A DNA stretch of 64,000 bases, from the NCBI GenBank assembly GCA_000165425.1, contig CT868585.1, positions 62,001 to 126,000 on the forward strand. Reading direction: 5' to 3'. Position numbers and translations under genes: made by a program. How positions within the stretch are numbered: position 1 is the first letter of the stretch; every line of letters begins with the position of its first letter. This DNA comes from Paramecium tetraurelia. Taxonomy: Eukaryota. Shown one piece after another: positions 1-12,800 of this stretch. The notes beneath the pieces were generated by a model. That model searched no databases. It was not told where the DNA came from and worked only from the letters and a program-made list of their open reading frames with translations.

Positions 1-800
1 GAAGTAAATTACTCTATCATATTTAAACTACTTACACTCTTGTTTTATGCCTACTATCTTATTCTTAAGTTGTCAAATGGATATGTAACCATAATTGCAA
101 GCATTGCTGCACTTGAACCACAAATTGCTACTAAAACTGAGTTTTTTTTTGGATCCTAGCCTTTTGTAAATAAACCACTCAAATTTAATAAATTCCGATA
201 AATTGTATATTAAATTCCAGAAAAAGGTACATCTTTTAAAATTGCAGCGAAGACCCCCTTAATATTTATAATAGTATATACTCTATAAAACCCAAAGAAG
301 CCTTCTTCCCTTGCTATTTTCATGAAACATTTATCAATTTTGCTGTATTCATTGTTACCAACAATTTACATTTTCGTTCTCATTACAGCCAATGGAGTTG
401 AAGCTACTGTGCCCACTAATTTGCTTGAAGAGGCAATCATTAAATTTAATAGACTTTAAAGATAGACAGGATAATGGGCTGGTGGGCTCTTTATAATTTT
501 CATTCATTACCTATATTTCTCAATACCTGAGAAAAAAAATGAAAATGATACTGTATTCTTTGCAATTGATACAATAGTCCCTCTATAAAAGCCTCTTATT
601 CCTTCTTGAGAATAAATTTAGGAGGCAATTAGAGATAAACCTTTGAAATTAATATTTTGTTTTGAATAACCAGTTGCTATCATTGATGTCTGTAAAACTT
701 CTAAAGGTTGAAGAATTAATGTGGCTCCCACAGCAATTTGAAAGTTTTTCATATTAAGCATTGCAGGTTTGATATTGCTTTTCTATTGATTTTCTGCCAT
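1..800 (-). CDS. Mitochondrial carrier (SLC25) family protein, 3' end runs off the window
   Basis: Code-6 translation from ATG 800: MAENQQKSNIKPAMLNMKNFQIAVGATLILQPLEVLQT...EGIRGFYRG. Second repeat TPLAVMRTKM...EEGFFGFYR, third repeat YPFDNLRI. These are three Px[DE]xx[KR]-type/EGxxGFYRG carrier repeats, with tiny GT..AG introns. Confidence 0.9.
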
Positions 801-827
801 TTTAATATTATTTATTTTTTTTTCGCA

Positions 828-3800
828 ATGAAAAGTATCCAATAAGTTAACTCATCATCTGTTCCTATCGGAGTTAAAGTAGCAAATTCCTTCACTATAA
901 ATAGCAAATAGATACTCAGCTCTAAAAGGTTAAAACACTTCTTGATGTAGAGCATTAGTTAACACTCGAGAGATCTTTTAAGGAATCTAAATTGAATAAA
1001 GAATTTGCACAAAAATTAACTTAAAAAGTTGATTAGTTATAGTAAGAGAGGGACAAATATAAAAAATAATTTGAAGAAGGCTTAAAAAAGGTGGAAGGAA
1101 GTGGATTTGGAAGAACTTCCTTTCACAGCAACAAAAGCGATTTAGATAGACAAATCTAAACAGAAAGAGGTAAATAGCCAGATAGGTCAACTCTTTAATA
1201 AATTTGGAATGAAAAAGGTGAGCAAATGTAATAAGAAATCGAATGCTTGAAAAGTGAAAATAATTAAGTGACTTCTGACTTAAGATAAGCTTGGCAAGAA
1301 ATAGATTAAAAAGAACAATTAATAAAAAAATTAGAACTATAAAATAGTGTATTAGTAAATGAAATTAGAAAGCTATAAAGAAAACTTTAACAGGAAAGAT
1401 TAAATAACTCTGAAATAAAGGCTGTAAAATAAAAAGACATATCTTCAAGCTAAGAATAATTGTATTATAATATTATTATTCATAGATCTAGTGAAGTATA
1501 ATATTTAAGGAATTAGATAAATGAACTTTAAGATGAAATAAATGAATATCAAGAAATGATAGACTCATAGCAATAATAAATTGAAATTCAAAAAACGAAT
1601 AATTCATAACTTAGAATTGAAAGGGATAATTGTGTTCATAATTACGCAAGTATTTCAATTACTATTTTCCTTAGTTGTTAAAGCAAAATTAGAAGTTTTA
1701 TTTGAAGAGAAAGATGAAATGGAAAGATTAAAAAAAATGGATGATGAAACTTTAAATTCACTATAGGCTTGTGTATCAATTCAAAAAGAAAATATAAAAG
1801 TCCTTGAAAATGAAAAGAACTGTTTAATACATTCTGTAGATCAAATGAAATAATTAATCAGCAACCAAGAGATAAGGATAAATGATTTAAAGAATGAAAA
1901 CCTAAATTTATTAGAAAAGTTAGCAGAAAAACCACTTTAAATAAATCTCAATCTTGAGAATGAAATAGCCAATCTGTAAAGTGCTTAATAACAAGATGAT
2001 GATTTGTTAAATAAATTTAATAATTTAAATGATGAATATCAAAGACTAAATGAATCCTATCTCAAATTATAAACAGAATATGACAATTAAAAAATCAATA
2101 TAACAAATTTAGAAGATTAAATAAAATCAGATCAAGTAATAAATAATAATCTAAAGTAAGAAAATGATAATTTAATGAACTAAATATAAAATTTAGAAAA
2201 CTAAAACAGAAAATTTGATCAGTAAAATTCTGAACTATTGGCATAAATAAATATTTATTAAACTAAAGATGATAAAAATTGTAATCTAATAAAAACATTA
2301 AATGACACTCTAAGAGAAAACAATATCTAAAATATTCATCTCAAAAATAAAATTAAAAGACATATTGGAAGTTACTTTTATATCTTATGTAAAATTTTAA
2401 GGTAAAAACAAAATAATTCAATATATGAATAAAAAATCAAAAAATAATAAGCGATCATTAATGGTTTGTTAACAACTTTAGAAGATTAGAAAAAAGATGA
2501 TAATAATTTGTCAAGTGTAGAATAAGAATAAGTAGAATAAAATGATACAAAGCCAATAGAAACTGATTAATAAAAAAAGTTATAAATGCAAAACTAGAAA
2601 ATGTTAGGAAAACTCTTGAGAATAACTATAAAATAAAAGTAATAAACTAAACTAATCCAAAATTTAACAGAAAGGCTTACAAAACTTAAATCAATCAATG
2701 ATGCACTAATCAATAAAAATGAAAATAATTATTAAGAAATAATAAAAGAACAAGATGATGGAGAAGGATTAAAAAAGCTCAGAAGTCAGAATAATAAATT
2801 GCTGGGCAAATTATTCAGAGTGATGAGTTAATTCAACAAAAAGAATAAGGAAATTGAGGAATTGAAGGAAAGAATTACATAAATAGAAGGCAATTTTAGA
2901 TGAATTAAGCAATTCAAACAACGCTTCCGTTTCAGAAGAAAAAGAAGATGACTTTGGATAAGCAGAAGAAAATCGAAATAAATTAGGAAAGCTAATAAAT
3001 TCCAGAAATTGCACAACTGAAGAAGCAAAAAGACACATTATTTGGAAAATTGTTCAGAGCAATGAGCTTAATAAACAAGAAGAATAAGGAAATTGAATCT
3101 TTAAGTGATAGATTGAATAAATAAAAAGCTATCATTGAAGAATTAACATCCTCAAACTCAGAAAATTTGGCAATTGAGATCGAACCATAATAAATTGAAC
3201 TTCAGAGTGCTCCTAACAATTTAATTGAAGATAATGGTAACTTAGAACTGATCAATACTGAACAATTCAATAAATTGAAAACTGCAAATGATAAATCTTT
3301 GAGTAAATTATTCAGAGCTATGTTTTTGATTTCCAAAAAAAATAACCAAATAGATGAATTGAATTCGAGATTACTATAAACAAAAAAGCTATAATTGAAG
3401 AATTATCTCAAAACGATAATGCTTAATAATAAAGAGAGAAGATTCATAAGCTATGGGGCAAACTCTTTAGAGCAGTCAGTGATTTGAATGTGAAGTAGAA
3501 ACTGAATGAAGAGTTGTAAGAACGATTATAAAAAAGTAAGGCAGTTGTAGATAGTTTACTCAATTAAGTTCCTCAAAAGGAAGAAGAGATAGTTTCTGAA
3601 AGTAAATAATCTGATCAAAATGAGATAACTGGGCAAACGGAAAAAATTTAACGCTTAGAGGCTGATTAATAGCAATTAAAAAATAGAAATATTAAATTGA
3701 CTTCCAAAAATGTTTAGGATTATGATCAAGTTAAGTCAAAAAGATAAAGTCATTCTATCCTTGTCAGACCGCCTTCAAACAGCAAAGAGCTAATAAATGA

Positions 3801-6800
3801 TGAATTATAGAATTAAATAGTTAATACTCTCTAAGCATAACCTGAAAGTGAAACAAAAGAGATCGTTGTAAAACAGTTAGAGATAAATCCAGAAGAGTTC
3901 AATAAGATTAAGCATTCAAACAACAAATCTTTAGCCAAAATATTCAGTTTGGTGTTCAAATTAAATTAAAAGGAGAAGATTATTGATGAATAAAATTAAA
4001 GAATTGCTAAATTGAAATCGATAATTTCTGAATTTGCACTCAATGATGACTCATTAAAAAAGTTAAAACGACAAAAATCATAAGTTGCTGGCTTAATAAT
4101 TTAGAGTTGTGATTAAGTTAGCAAAATAATAATAAGAAATTGAAGAACTCAAGAACAGATTGATTAAATCTAAGTAATTGGTTGTTGAATAATAAGATAT
4201 AGTTGAAAATTTGTAGTAACAACTTCAAAATAATGTGATCCTGAACCAAGAACAAGATACTCCAAAAGAGTAATCTTAGGAATAATAAGGAATTGATCTT
4301 TCGAGTAAAGATGAAGAAATTTAAAGATTAATTAGACAAAAGAACAAATAACTGGGAAAGCTTTTCAAAGTAATGATTTAGTTTGAGAGAAAGAATAAAG
4401 AAATCGAATAGTTATCATAGAAGTTGTTGAAATAGAAAGCAATAAATGATGAATTATTATTGCAAAATTCAAGTGACGAAACGGAAGTAAGCTCCTAATC
4501 TTAACAGAAAAATGAGCATGAACAAGAAGGTGTTCAAAATAATTAAGAAATAAAAGAGTTATAAGAAGAAAATGAGAAGCTCAAATAAGAATTGAAAAAG
4601 TAATCGAATTAGAATAATAGATGGTTAGCCAAATTATTTAGAGCTTTACATGATATAAAGAGTAAAAATAGTTTGGTGGAATCACTTAATCAAAAGTTAG
4701 CAAAACAAAAAGCCATAAATGAGGAATTGAGAGAGCAAATCAAGATGAATGAAGAAGAAATAGAAAATGTTGAAGTAGTGAAAGAAAATTCTGAACAATA
4801 AGTAGAATCAGCACCAGCATCACAAGATGATGGAGAAGGATTAAAAAAGCTCAGAAGTCAGAATAATAAATTGCTGGGCAAATTATTCAGAGTGATGAGT
4901 TAATTCAACAAAAAGAATAAGGAAATTGAGGAATTGAAGGAAAGATTACATAAATAGAAGGCAATTTTAGATGAATTAAGCAATTCAAACAACGCTTCCG
5001 TTTCAGAAGAAAAAGAAGATGACTTTGGATAAGCAGAAGAAATCGAAATAAATTAGGAAAGCTAATAAATTCCAGAAATTGCACAACTGAAGAAGCAAAA
5101 AGACACATTATTTGGAAAATTGTTCAGAGCAATGAGCTTAATAAACAAGAAGAATAAGGAAATTGAATCTTTAAGTGATAGATTGAATAAATAAAAAGCT
5201 ATCATTGAAGAATTAACATCCTCAAACTCAGAAAATTTGGCAATTGAGATCGAACCATAATAAATTGAACTTCAGAGTGCTCCTAACAATTTAATTGAAG
5301 ATAATGGTAACTAGAAACTGATCAATACTGAACAATTCAATAAATTGAAAACTGCAAATGATAAATCTTTGAGTAAATTATTCAGAGCTATGTTTTTGAT
5401 TTCCAAAAAAAATAACCAAATAGATGAATTGAATTCGAGATTACTAAAACAAAAAGCTATAATTGAAGAATTATCTCAAAACGATAATGCTTAATAATAA
5501 AGAGAGAAGATTCATAAGCTATGGGGCAAACTCTTTAGAGCAGTCAGTGATTTGAATGTGAAGTAGAAACTGAATGAAGAGTTGTAAGAACGATTATAAA
5601 AAAGTAAGGCAGTTGTAGATAGTTTACTCAATTAAGTTCCTCAAAAGGAAGAAGAGATAGTTTCTGAAAGTAAATAATCTGATCAAAATGAGATAACTGG
5701 GCAAACGGAAAAAATTTAACGCTTAGAGGCTGATTAATAGCAATTAAAAAATAGAAATATTAAATTGACTTCCAAAATGTTTAGGATTATGATCAAGTTA
5801 AGTCAAAAAGATAAAGTCATTCTATCCTTGTCAGACCGCCTTCAAAAGCAAAGAGCAATAAATGATGAATTATAGAATTAAATAGTTAATACTCTCTAAG
5901 CATAACCTGAAAGTGAAACAAAAGAGATCGTTGTAAAACAGTTAGAGATAAATCCAGAAGAGTTCAATAAGATTAAGCATTCAAACAACAAATCTTTAGC
6001 CAAAATATTCAGTTTGGTGTTCAAATTAAATTAAAAGGAGAAGATTATTGATGAATAAAATTAAAGAATTGCTAAATTGAAATCGATAATTTCTGAATTT
6101 GCACTCAATGTATGACTCATTAAAAAAGTTAAAAGACAAAAAATCATAAGTTGCTGGCTTAATAATTTAGAGTTGTGATTAAGTTAGCAAAATAATAATA
6201 AGAAATTGAAGAACTCAAGAACAGATTGATTAAATCTAAGTAATTGGTTGTTGAATAATAAGATATAGTTGAAAATTTGTAGTAACAACTTCAAAATAAT
6301 GTGATCCTGAACCAAGAACAAGATACTCCAAAAGAGTAATCTTAGGAATAATAAGGAATTGATCTTTCGAGTAAAGATGAAGAAATTTAAAGATTAATTA
6401 GACAAAAGAACAAATAACTGGGAAAGCTTTTCAAAGTAATGATTTAGTTTGAGAGAAAGAATAAAGAAATCGAATAGTTATCATAGAAGTTGTTGAAATA
6501 GAAAGCAATAAATGATGAATTATTATTGCAAAATTCAAGTGACGAAACGGAAGTAAGCTCCTAATCTTAACAGAAAAATGAGCATGAACAAGAAGGTGTT
6601 CAAAATAATTAAGAAATAAAAGAGTTATAAGAAGAAAATGAGAAGCTCAAATAAGAATTGAAAAAGTAATCGAATTAGAATAATAGATGGTTAGCCAAAT
6701 TATTTAGAGCTTTACATGATATAAAGAGTAAAAATAGTTTGGTGGAATCACTTAATCAAAAGTTAGCAAAACAAAAAGCCATAAATGAGGAATTGAGAGA

Positions 6801-9800
6801 GCAAATCAAGATGAATGAAGAAGAAATAGAAAATGTTGAAGTAGTGAAAGAAAATTCTGAACAATAAGTAGAATCAGCACCAGCATCACAAGATGATGGA
6901 GAAGGATTAAAAAAGCTCAGAAGTCAGAATAATAAATTCGCTGGGCAAATTATTCAGAGTGATGAGTTAATTCAACAAAAAGAATAAGGAAATTGAGGAA
7001 TTGAAGGAAAGATTACATAAATAGAAGGCAATTTTAGATGAATTAAGCAATTCAAACAACGCTTCCGTTTCAGAAGAAAAAGAAGATGACTTTGGATAAG
7101 CAGAAGAAATCGAAATAAATTAGGAAAGCTAATAAATTCCAGAAATTGCACAACTGAAGAAGCAAAAAGACACATTATTTGGAAAATTGTTCAGAGCAAT
7201 GAGCTTAATAAACAAGAAGAATAAGGAAATTGAATCTTTAAGTGATAGATTGAATAAATAAAAAGCTATCATTGAAGAATTAACATCCTCAAACTCAGAA
7301 AATTTGGCAATTGAGATCGAACCATAATAAATTGAACTTCAGAGTGCTCCTAACAATTTAATTGAAGATAATGGTAACTTAGAACTGATCAATACTGAAC
7401 AATTCAATAAATTGAAAACTGCAAATGATAAATCTTTGAGTAAATTATTCAGAGCTATGTTTTTGATTTCCAAAAAAAATAACCAAATAGATGAATTGAA
7501 TTCGAGATTACTAAAACAAAAAGCTATAATTGAAGAATTATCTCAAAACGATAATGCTTAATAATAAAGAGAGAAGATTCATAAGCTATGGGGCAAACTC
7601 TTTAGAGCAGTCAGTGATTTGAATGTGAAGTAGAAACTGAATGAAGAGTTGTAAGAACGATTATAAAAAAGTAAGGCAGTTGTAGATAGTTTACTCAATT
7701 AAGTTCCTCAAAAGGAAGAAGAGATAGTTTCTGAAAGTAAATAATCTGATCAAAATGAGATAACTGGGCAAACGGAAAAAATTTAACGCTTAGAGGCTGA
7801 TTAATAGCAATTAAAAAATAGAAATATTAAATTGACTTCCAAAATGTTTAGGATTATGATCAAGTTAAGTCAAAAAGATAAAGTCATTCTATCCTTGTCA
7901 GACCGCCTTCAAAAGCAAAGAGCAATAAATGATGAATTATAGAATTAAATAGTTAATACTCTCTAAGCATAACCTGAAAGTGAAACAAAAGAGATCGTTG
8001 TAAAACAGTTAGAGATAAATCCAGAAGAGTTCAATAAGATTAAGCATTCAAACAACAAATCTTTAGCCAAAATATTCAGTTTGGTGTTCAAATTAAATTA
8101 AAAGGAGAAGATTATTGATGAATAAAATTAAAGAATTGCTAAATTGAAATCGATAATTTCTGAATTTGCACTCAATGATGACTCATTAAAAAAGTTAAAA
8201 GACAAAAATCATAAGTTGCTGGCTTAATAATTTAGAGTTGTGATTAAGTTAGCAAAATAATAATAAGAAATTGAAGAACTCAAGAACAGATTGATTAAAT
8301 CTAAGTAATTGGTTGTTGAATAATAAGATATAGTTGAAAATTTGTTGTAACAACTTCAAAATAATGTGATCCTGAACCAAGAACAAGATACTCCAAAAGA
8401 GTAATCTTAGGAATAATAAGGAATTGATCTTTCGAGTAAAGATGAAGAAATTTAAAGATTAATTAGACAAAAGAACAAATAACTGGGAAAGCTTTTCAAA
8501 GTAATGATTTAGTTTGAGAGAAAGAATAAAGAAATCGAATAGTTATCATAGAAAGTTGTTGAAATAGAAAGCAAATAAATGATGAATTATTATTGCAAAA
8601 ATTCAAGTGACGAAACGGAAGTAAGCTCCTAATCTTAACAGAAAAATGAGCATGAACAAGAAGGTGTTCAAAATAATTAAGAAATAAAAGAGTTATAAGA
8701 AGAAAATGAGAAGCTCAAATAAGAATTGAAAAAGTAATCGAATTAGAATAATAGATGGTTAGCCAAATTATTTAGAGCTTTACATGATATAAAGAGTAAA
8801 AATAGTTTGGTGGAATCACTTAATCAAAAGTTAGCAAAACAAAAAGCCATAAATGAGGAATTGAGAGAGCAAATCAAGATGAATGAAGAAGAAATAGAAA
8901 ATGTTGAAGTAGTGAAAGAAAATTCTGAACAATAAGTAGAATCAGCACCAGCATCACAAGATGATGGAGAAGGATTAAAAAAGCTCAGAAGTCAGAATAA
9001 TAAATTGCTGGGCAAATTATTCAGAGTGATGAGTTAATTCAACAAAAAGAATAAGGAAATTGAGGAATTGAAGGAAAGATTACATAAATAGAAGGCAATT
9101 TTAGATGAATTAAGCAATTCAAACAACGCTTCCGTTTCAGAAGAAAAAGAAGATGACTTTGGATAAGCAGAAGAAATCGAAATAAATTAGGAAAGCTAAT
9201 AAATTCCAGAAATTGCACAACTTGAAGAAGCAAAAAGACACATTATTTGGAAAATTGTTCAGAGCAATGAGCTTAATAAACAAGAAGAATAAGGAAATTG
9301 AATCTTTAAGTGATAGATTGAATAAATAAAAAGCTATCATTGAAGAATTAACATCCTCAAACTCAGAAAATTTGGCAATTGAGATCGAACCATAATAAAT
9401 TGAACTTCAGAGTGCTCCTAACAATTTAATTGAAGATAATGGTAACTTAGAACTGATCAATACTGAACAATTCAATAAATTGAAAACTGCAAATGATAAA
9501 TCTATTGAGTAAATTATTCAGAGCTATGTTTTTGATTTCCAAAAAAAATAACCAAATAGATGAATTGAATTCGAGATTACTAAAACAAAAAGCTATAATT
9601 GAAGAATTATCTCAAAACGATAATGCTTAATAATAAAGAGAGAAGATTCATAAGCTATGGCGGCAAACTCTTGCTAGAGCAGTCAGTGATTTGAATGTGA
9701 AGTAGAAACTGAATGAAGAGTTGTAAGAACGATTATAAAAAAGTAAGGCAGTTGTAGATAGTTTACTCAATTAAGTTCCTCAAAAGGAAGAAGAGATAGT

Positions 9801-12800
9801 TTCTGAAAGTAAATAATCTGATCAAAATGAGATAACTGGGCAAACGGAAAAAATTTAACGCTTAGAGGCTGATTAATAGCAATTAAAAAATAGAAATATT
9901 AAATTGACTTCCAAAATGTTTAGGATTATGATCAAGTTAAGTCAAAAAGATAAAGTCATTCTATCCTTGTCAGACCGCCTTCAAAAGCAAAGAGCAATAA
10001 ATGATGAATTATAGAATTAAATAGTTAATACTCTCTAAGCATAACCTGAAAGTGAAACAAAAGAGATCGTTGTAAAACAGTTAGAGATAAATCCAGAAGA
10101 GTTCAATAAGATTAAGCATTCAAACAACAAATCTTTAGCCAAAATATTCAGTTTGGTGTTCAAATTAAATTAAAAGGAGAAGATTATTGATGAATAAAAT
10201 TAAAGAATTGCTAAATTGAAATCGATAATTTCTGAATTTGCACTCAATGATGACTCATTAAAAAAGTTAAAAGACAAAAATCATAAGTTGCTGGCTTAAT
10301 AATTTAGAGTTGTGATTAAGTTAGCAAAATAATAATAAGAAATTGAAGAACTCAAGAACAGATTGATTAAATCTAAGTAATTGGTTGTTGAATAATAAGA
10401 TATAGTTGAAAATTTGTAGTAACAACTTCAAAATAATGTGATCCTGAACCAAGAACAAGATACTCCAAAAGAGTAATCTTAGGAATAATAAGGAATTGAT
10501 CTTTCGAGTAAAGATGAAGAAATTTAAAGATTAATTAGACAAAAGAACAAATAACTGGGAAAGCTTTTCAAAGTAATGATTTAGTTTGAGAGAAAGAATA
10601 AAGAAATCGAATAGTTATCATAGAAGTTGTTGAAATAGAAAGCAATAAATGATGAATTATTATTGCAAAATTCAAGTGACGAAACGGAAGTAAGCTCCTA
10701 ATCTTAACAGAAAAATGAGCATGAACAAGAAGGTGTTCAAAATAATTAAGAAATAAAAGAGTTATAAGAAGAAAATGAGAAGCTCAAATAAGAATTGAAA
10801 AAGTAATCGAATTAGAATAATAGATGGTTAGCCAAATTATTTAGAGCTTTACATGATATAAAGAGTAAAAATAGTTTGGTGGAATCACTTAATCAAAAGT
10901 TAGCAAAACAAAAAGCCATAAATGAGGAATTGAGAGAGCAAATCAAGATGAATGAAGAAGAAATAGAAAATGTTGAAGTAGTGAAAGAAAATTCTGAACA
11001 ATAAGTAGAATCAGCACCAGCATCACAAGATGATGGAGAAGGATTAAAAAAAGCTCAGAAGTCAGAATAATAAATTGCTGGGCAAATTATTCAGAGTGAT
11101 GAGTTAATTCAACAAAAAGAATAAGGAAATTGAGGAATTGAAGGAAAGATTACATAAATAGAAGGCAATTTTAGATGAATTAAGCAATTCAAACAACGCT
11201 TCCGTTTCAGAAGAAAAAGAAGATGACTTTGGATAAGCAGAAGAAATCGAAATAAATTAGGAAAGCTAATAAATTCCAGAAATTGCACAACTGAAGAAGC
11301 AAAAAGACACATTATTTGGAAAATTGTTCAGAGCAATGAGCTTAATAAACAAGAAGAATAAGGAAATTGAATCTTTAAGTGATAGATTGAATAAATAAAA
11401 AGCTATCATTGAAGAATTAACATCCTCAAACTCAGAAAATTTGGCAATTGAGATCGAACCATAATAAATTGAACTTCAGCAGTGCTCCTAACTAATTTAA
11501 TTGAAGATAATGGTAACTTAGAACTGATCAATACTGAACAATTCAATAAATTGAAAACTGCAAATGATAAATCTTTGAGTAAATTATTCAGAGCTATGTT
11601 TTTGATTTCCAAAAAAAATAACCAAAATAGATGAATTGAATTCGAGATTACTAAAACAAAAAGCTATAATTGAAGAATTATCTCAAAACGATAATGCTTA
11701 ATAATAAAGAGAGAAGATTCATAAGCTATGGGGCAAACTCTTTAGAGCAGTCAGTGATTTGAATGTGAAGTAGAAACTGAATGAAGAGTTGTAAGAACGA
11801 TTATAAAAAAGTAAGGCAGTTGTAGATAGTTTACTCAATTAAGTTCCTCAAAAGGAAGAAGAGATAGTTTCTGAAAGTAAATAATCTGATCAAAATGAGA
11901 TAACTGGGCAAACGGAAAAAATTTAACGCTTAGAGGCTGATTAATAGCAATTAAAAAATAGAAATATTAAATTGACTTCCAAAATGTTTAGGATTATGAT
12001 CAAGTTAAGTCAAAAAGATAAAGTCATTCTATCCTTGTCAGACCGCCTTCAAAAGCAAAGAGCAATAAATGATGAATTATAGAATTAAATAGTTAATACT
12101 CTCTAAGCATAACCTGAAAGTGAAACAAAAGAGATCGTTGTAAAACAGTTAGAGATAAATCCAGAAGAGTTCAATAAGATTAAGCATTCAAACAACAAAT
12201 CTTTAGCCAAAATATTCAGTTTGGTGTTCAAATTAAATTAAAAGGAGAAGATTATTGATGAATAAAATTAAAGAATTGCTAAATTGAAATCGATAATTTC
12301 TGAATTTGCACTCAATGATGACTCATTAAAAAAGTTAAAAGACAAAAATCATAAGTTGCTGGCTTAATAATTTAGAGTTGTGATTAAGTTAGCAAAATAA
12401 TAATAAGAAATTGAAGAACTCAAGAACAGATTGATTAAATCTAAGTAATTGGTTGTTGAATAATAAGATATAGTTGAAAATTTGTTGTAACAACTTCAAA
12501 ATAATGTGATCCTGAACCAAGAACAAGATACTCCAAAAGAGTAATCTTAGGAATAATAAGGAATTGATCTTTCGAGTAAAGATGAAGAAATTTAAAGATT
12601 AATTAGACAAAAGAACAAATAACTGGGAAAGCTTTTCAAAGTAATGATTTAGTTTGAGAGAAAGAATAAAGAAATCGAATAGTTATCATAGAAGTTGTTG
12701 AAATAGAAAGCAATAAATGATGAATTATTATTGCAAAATTCAAGTGACGAAACGGAAGTAAGCTCCTAATCTTAACAGAAAAATGAGCATGAACAAGAAG

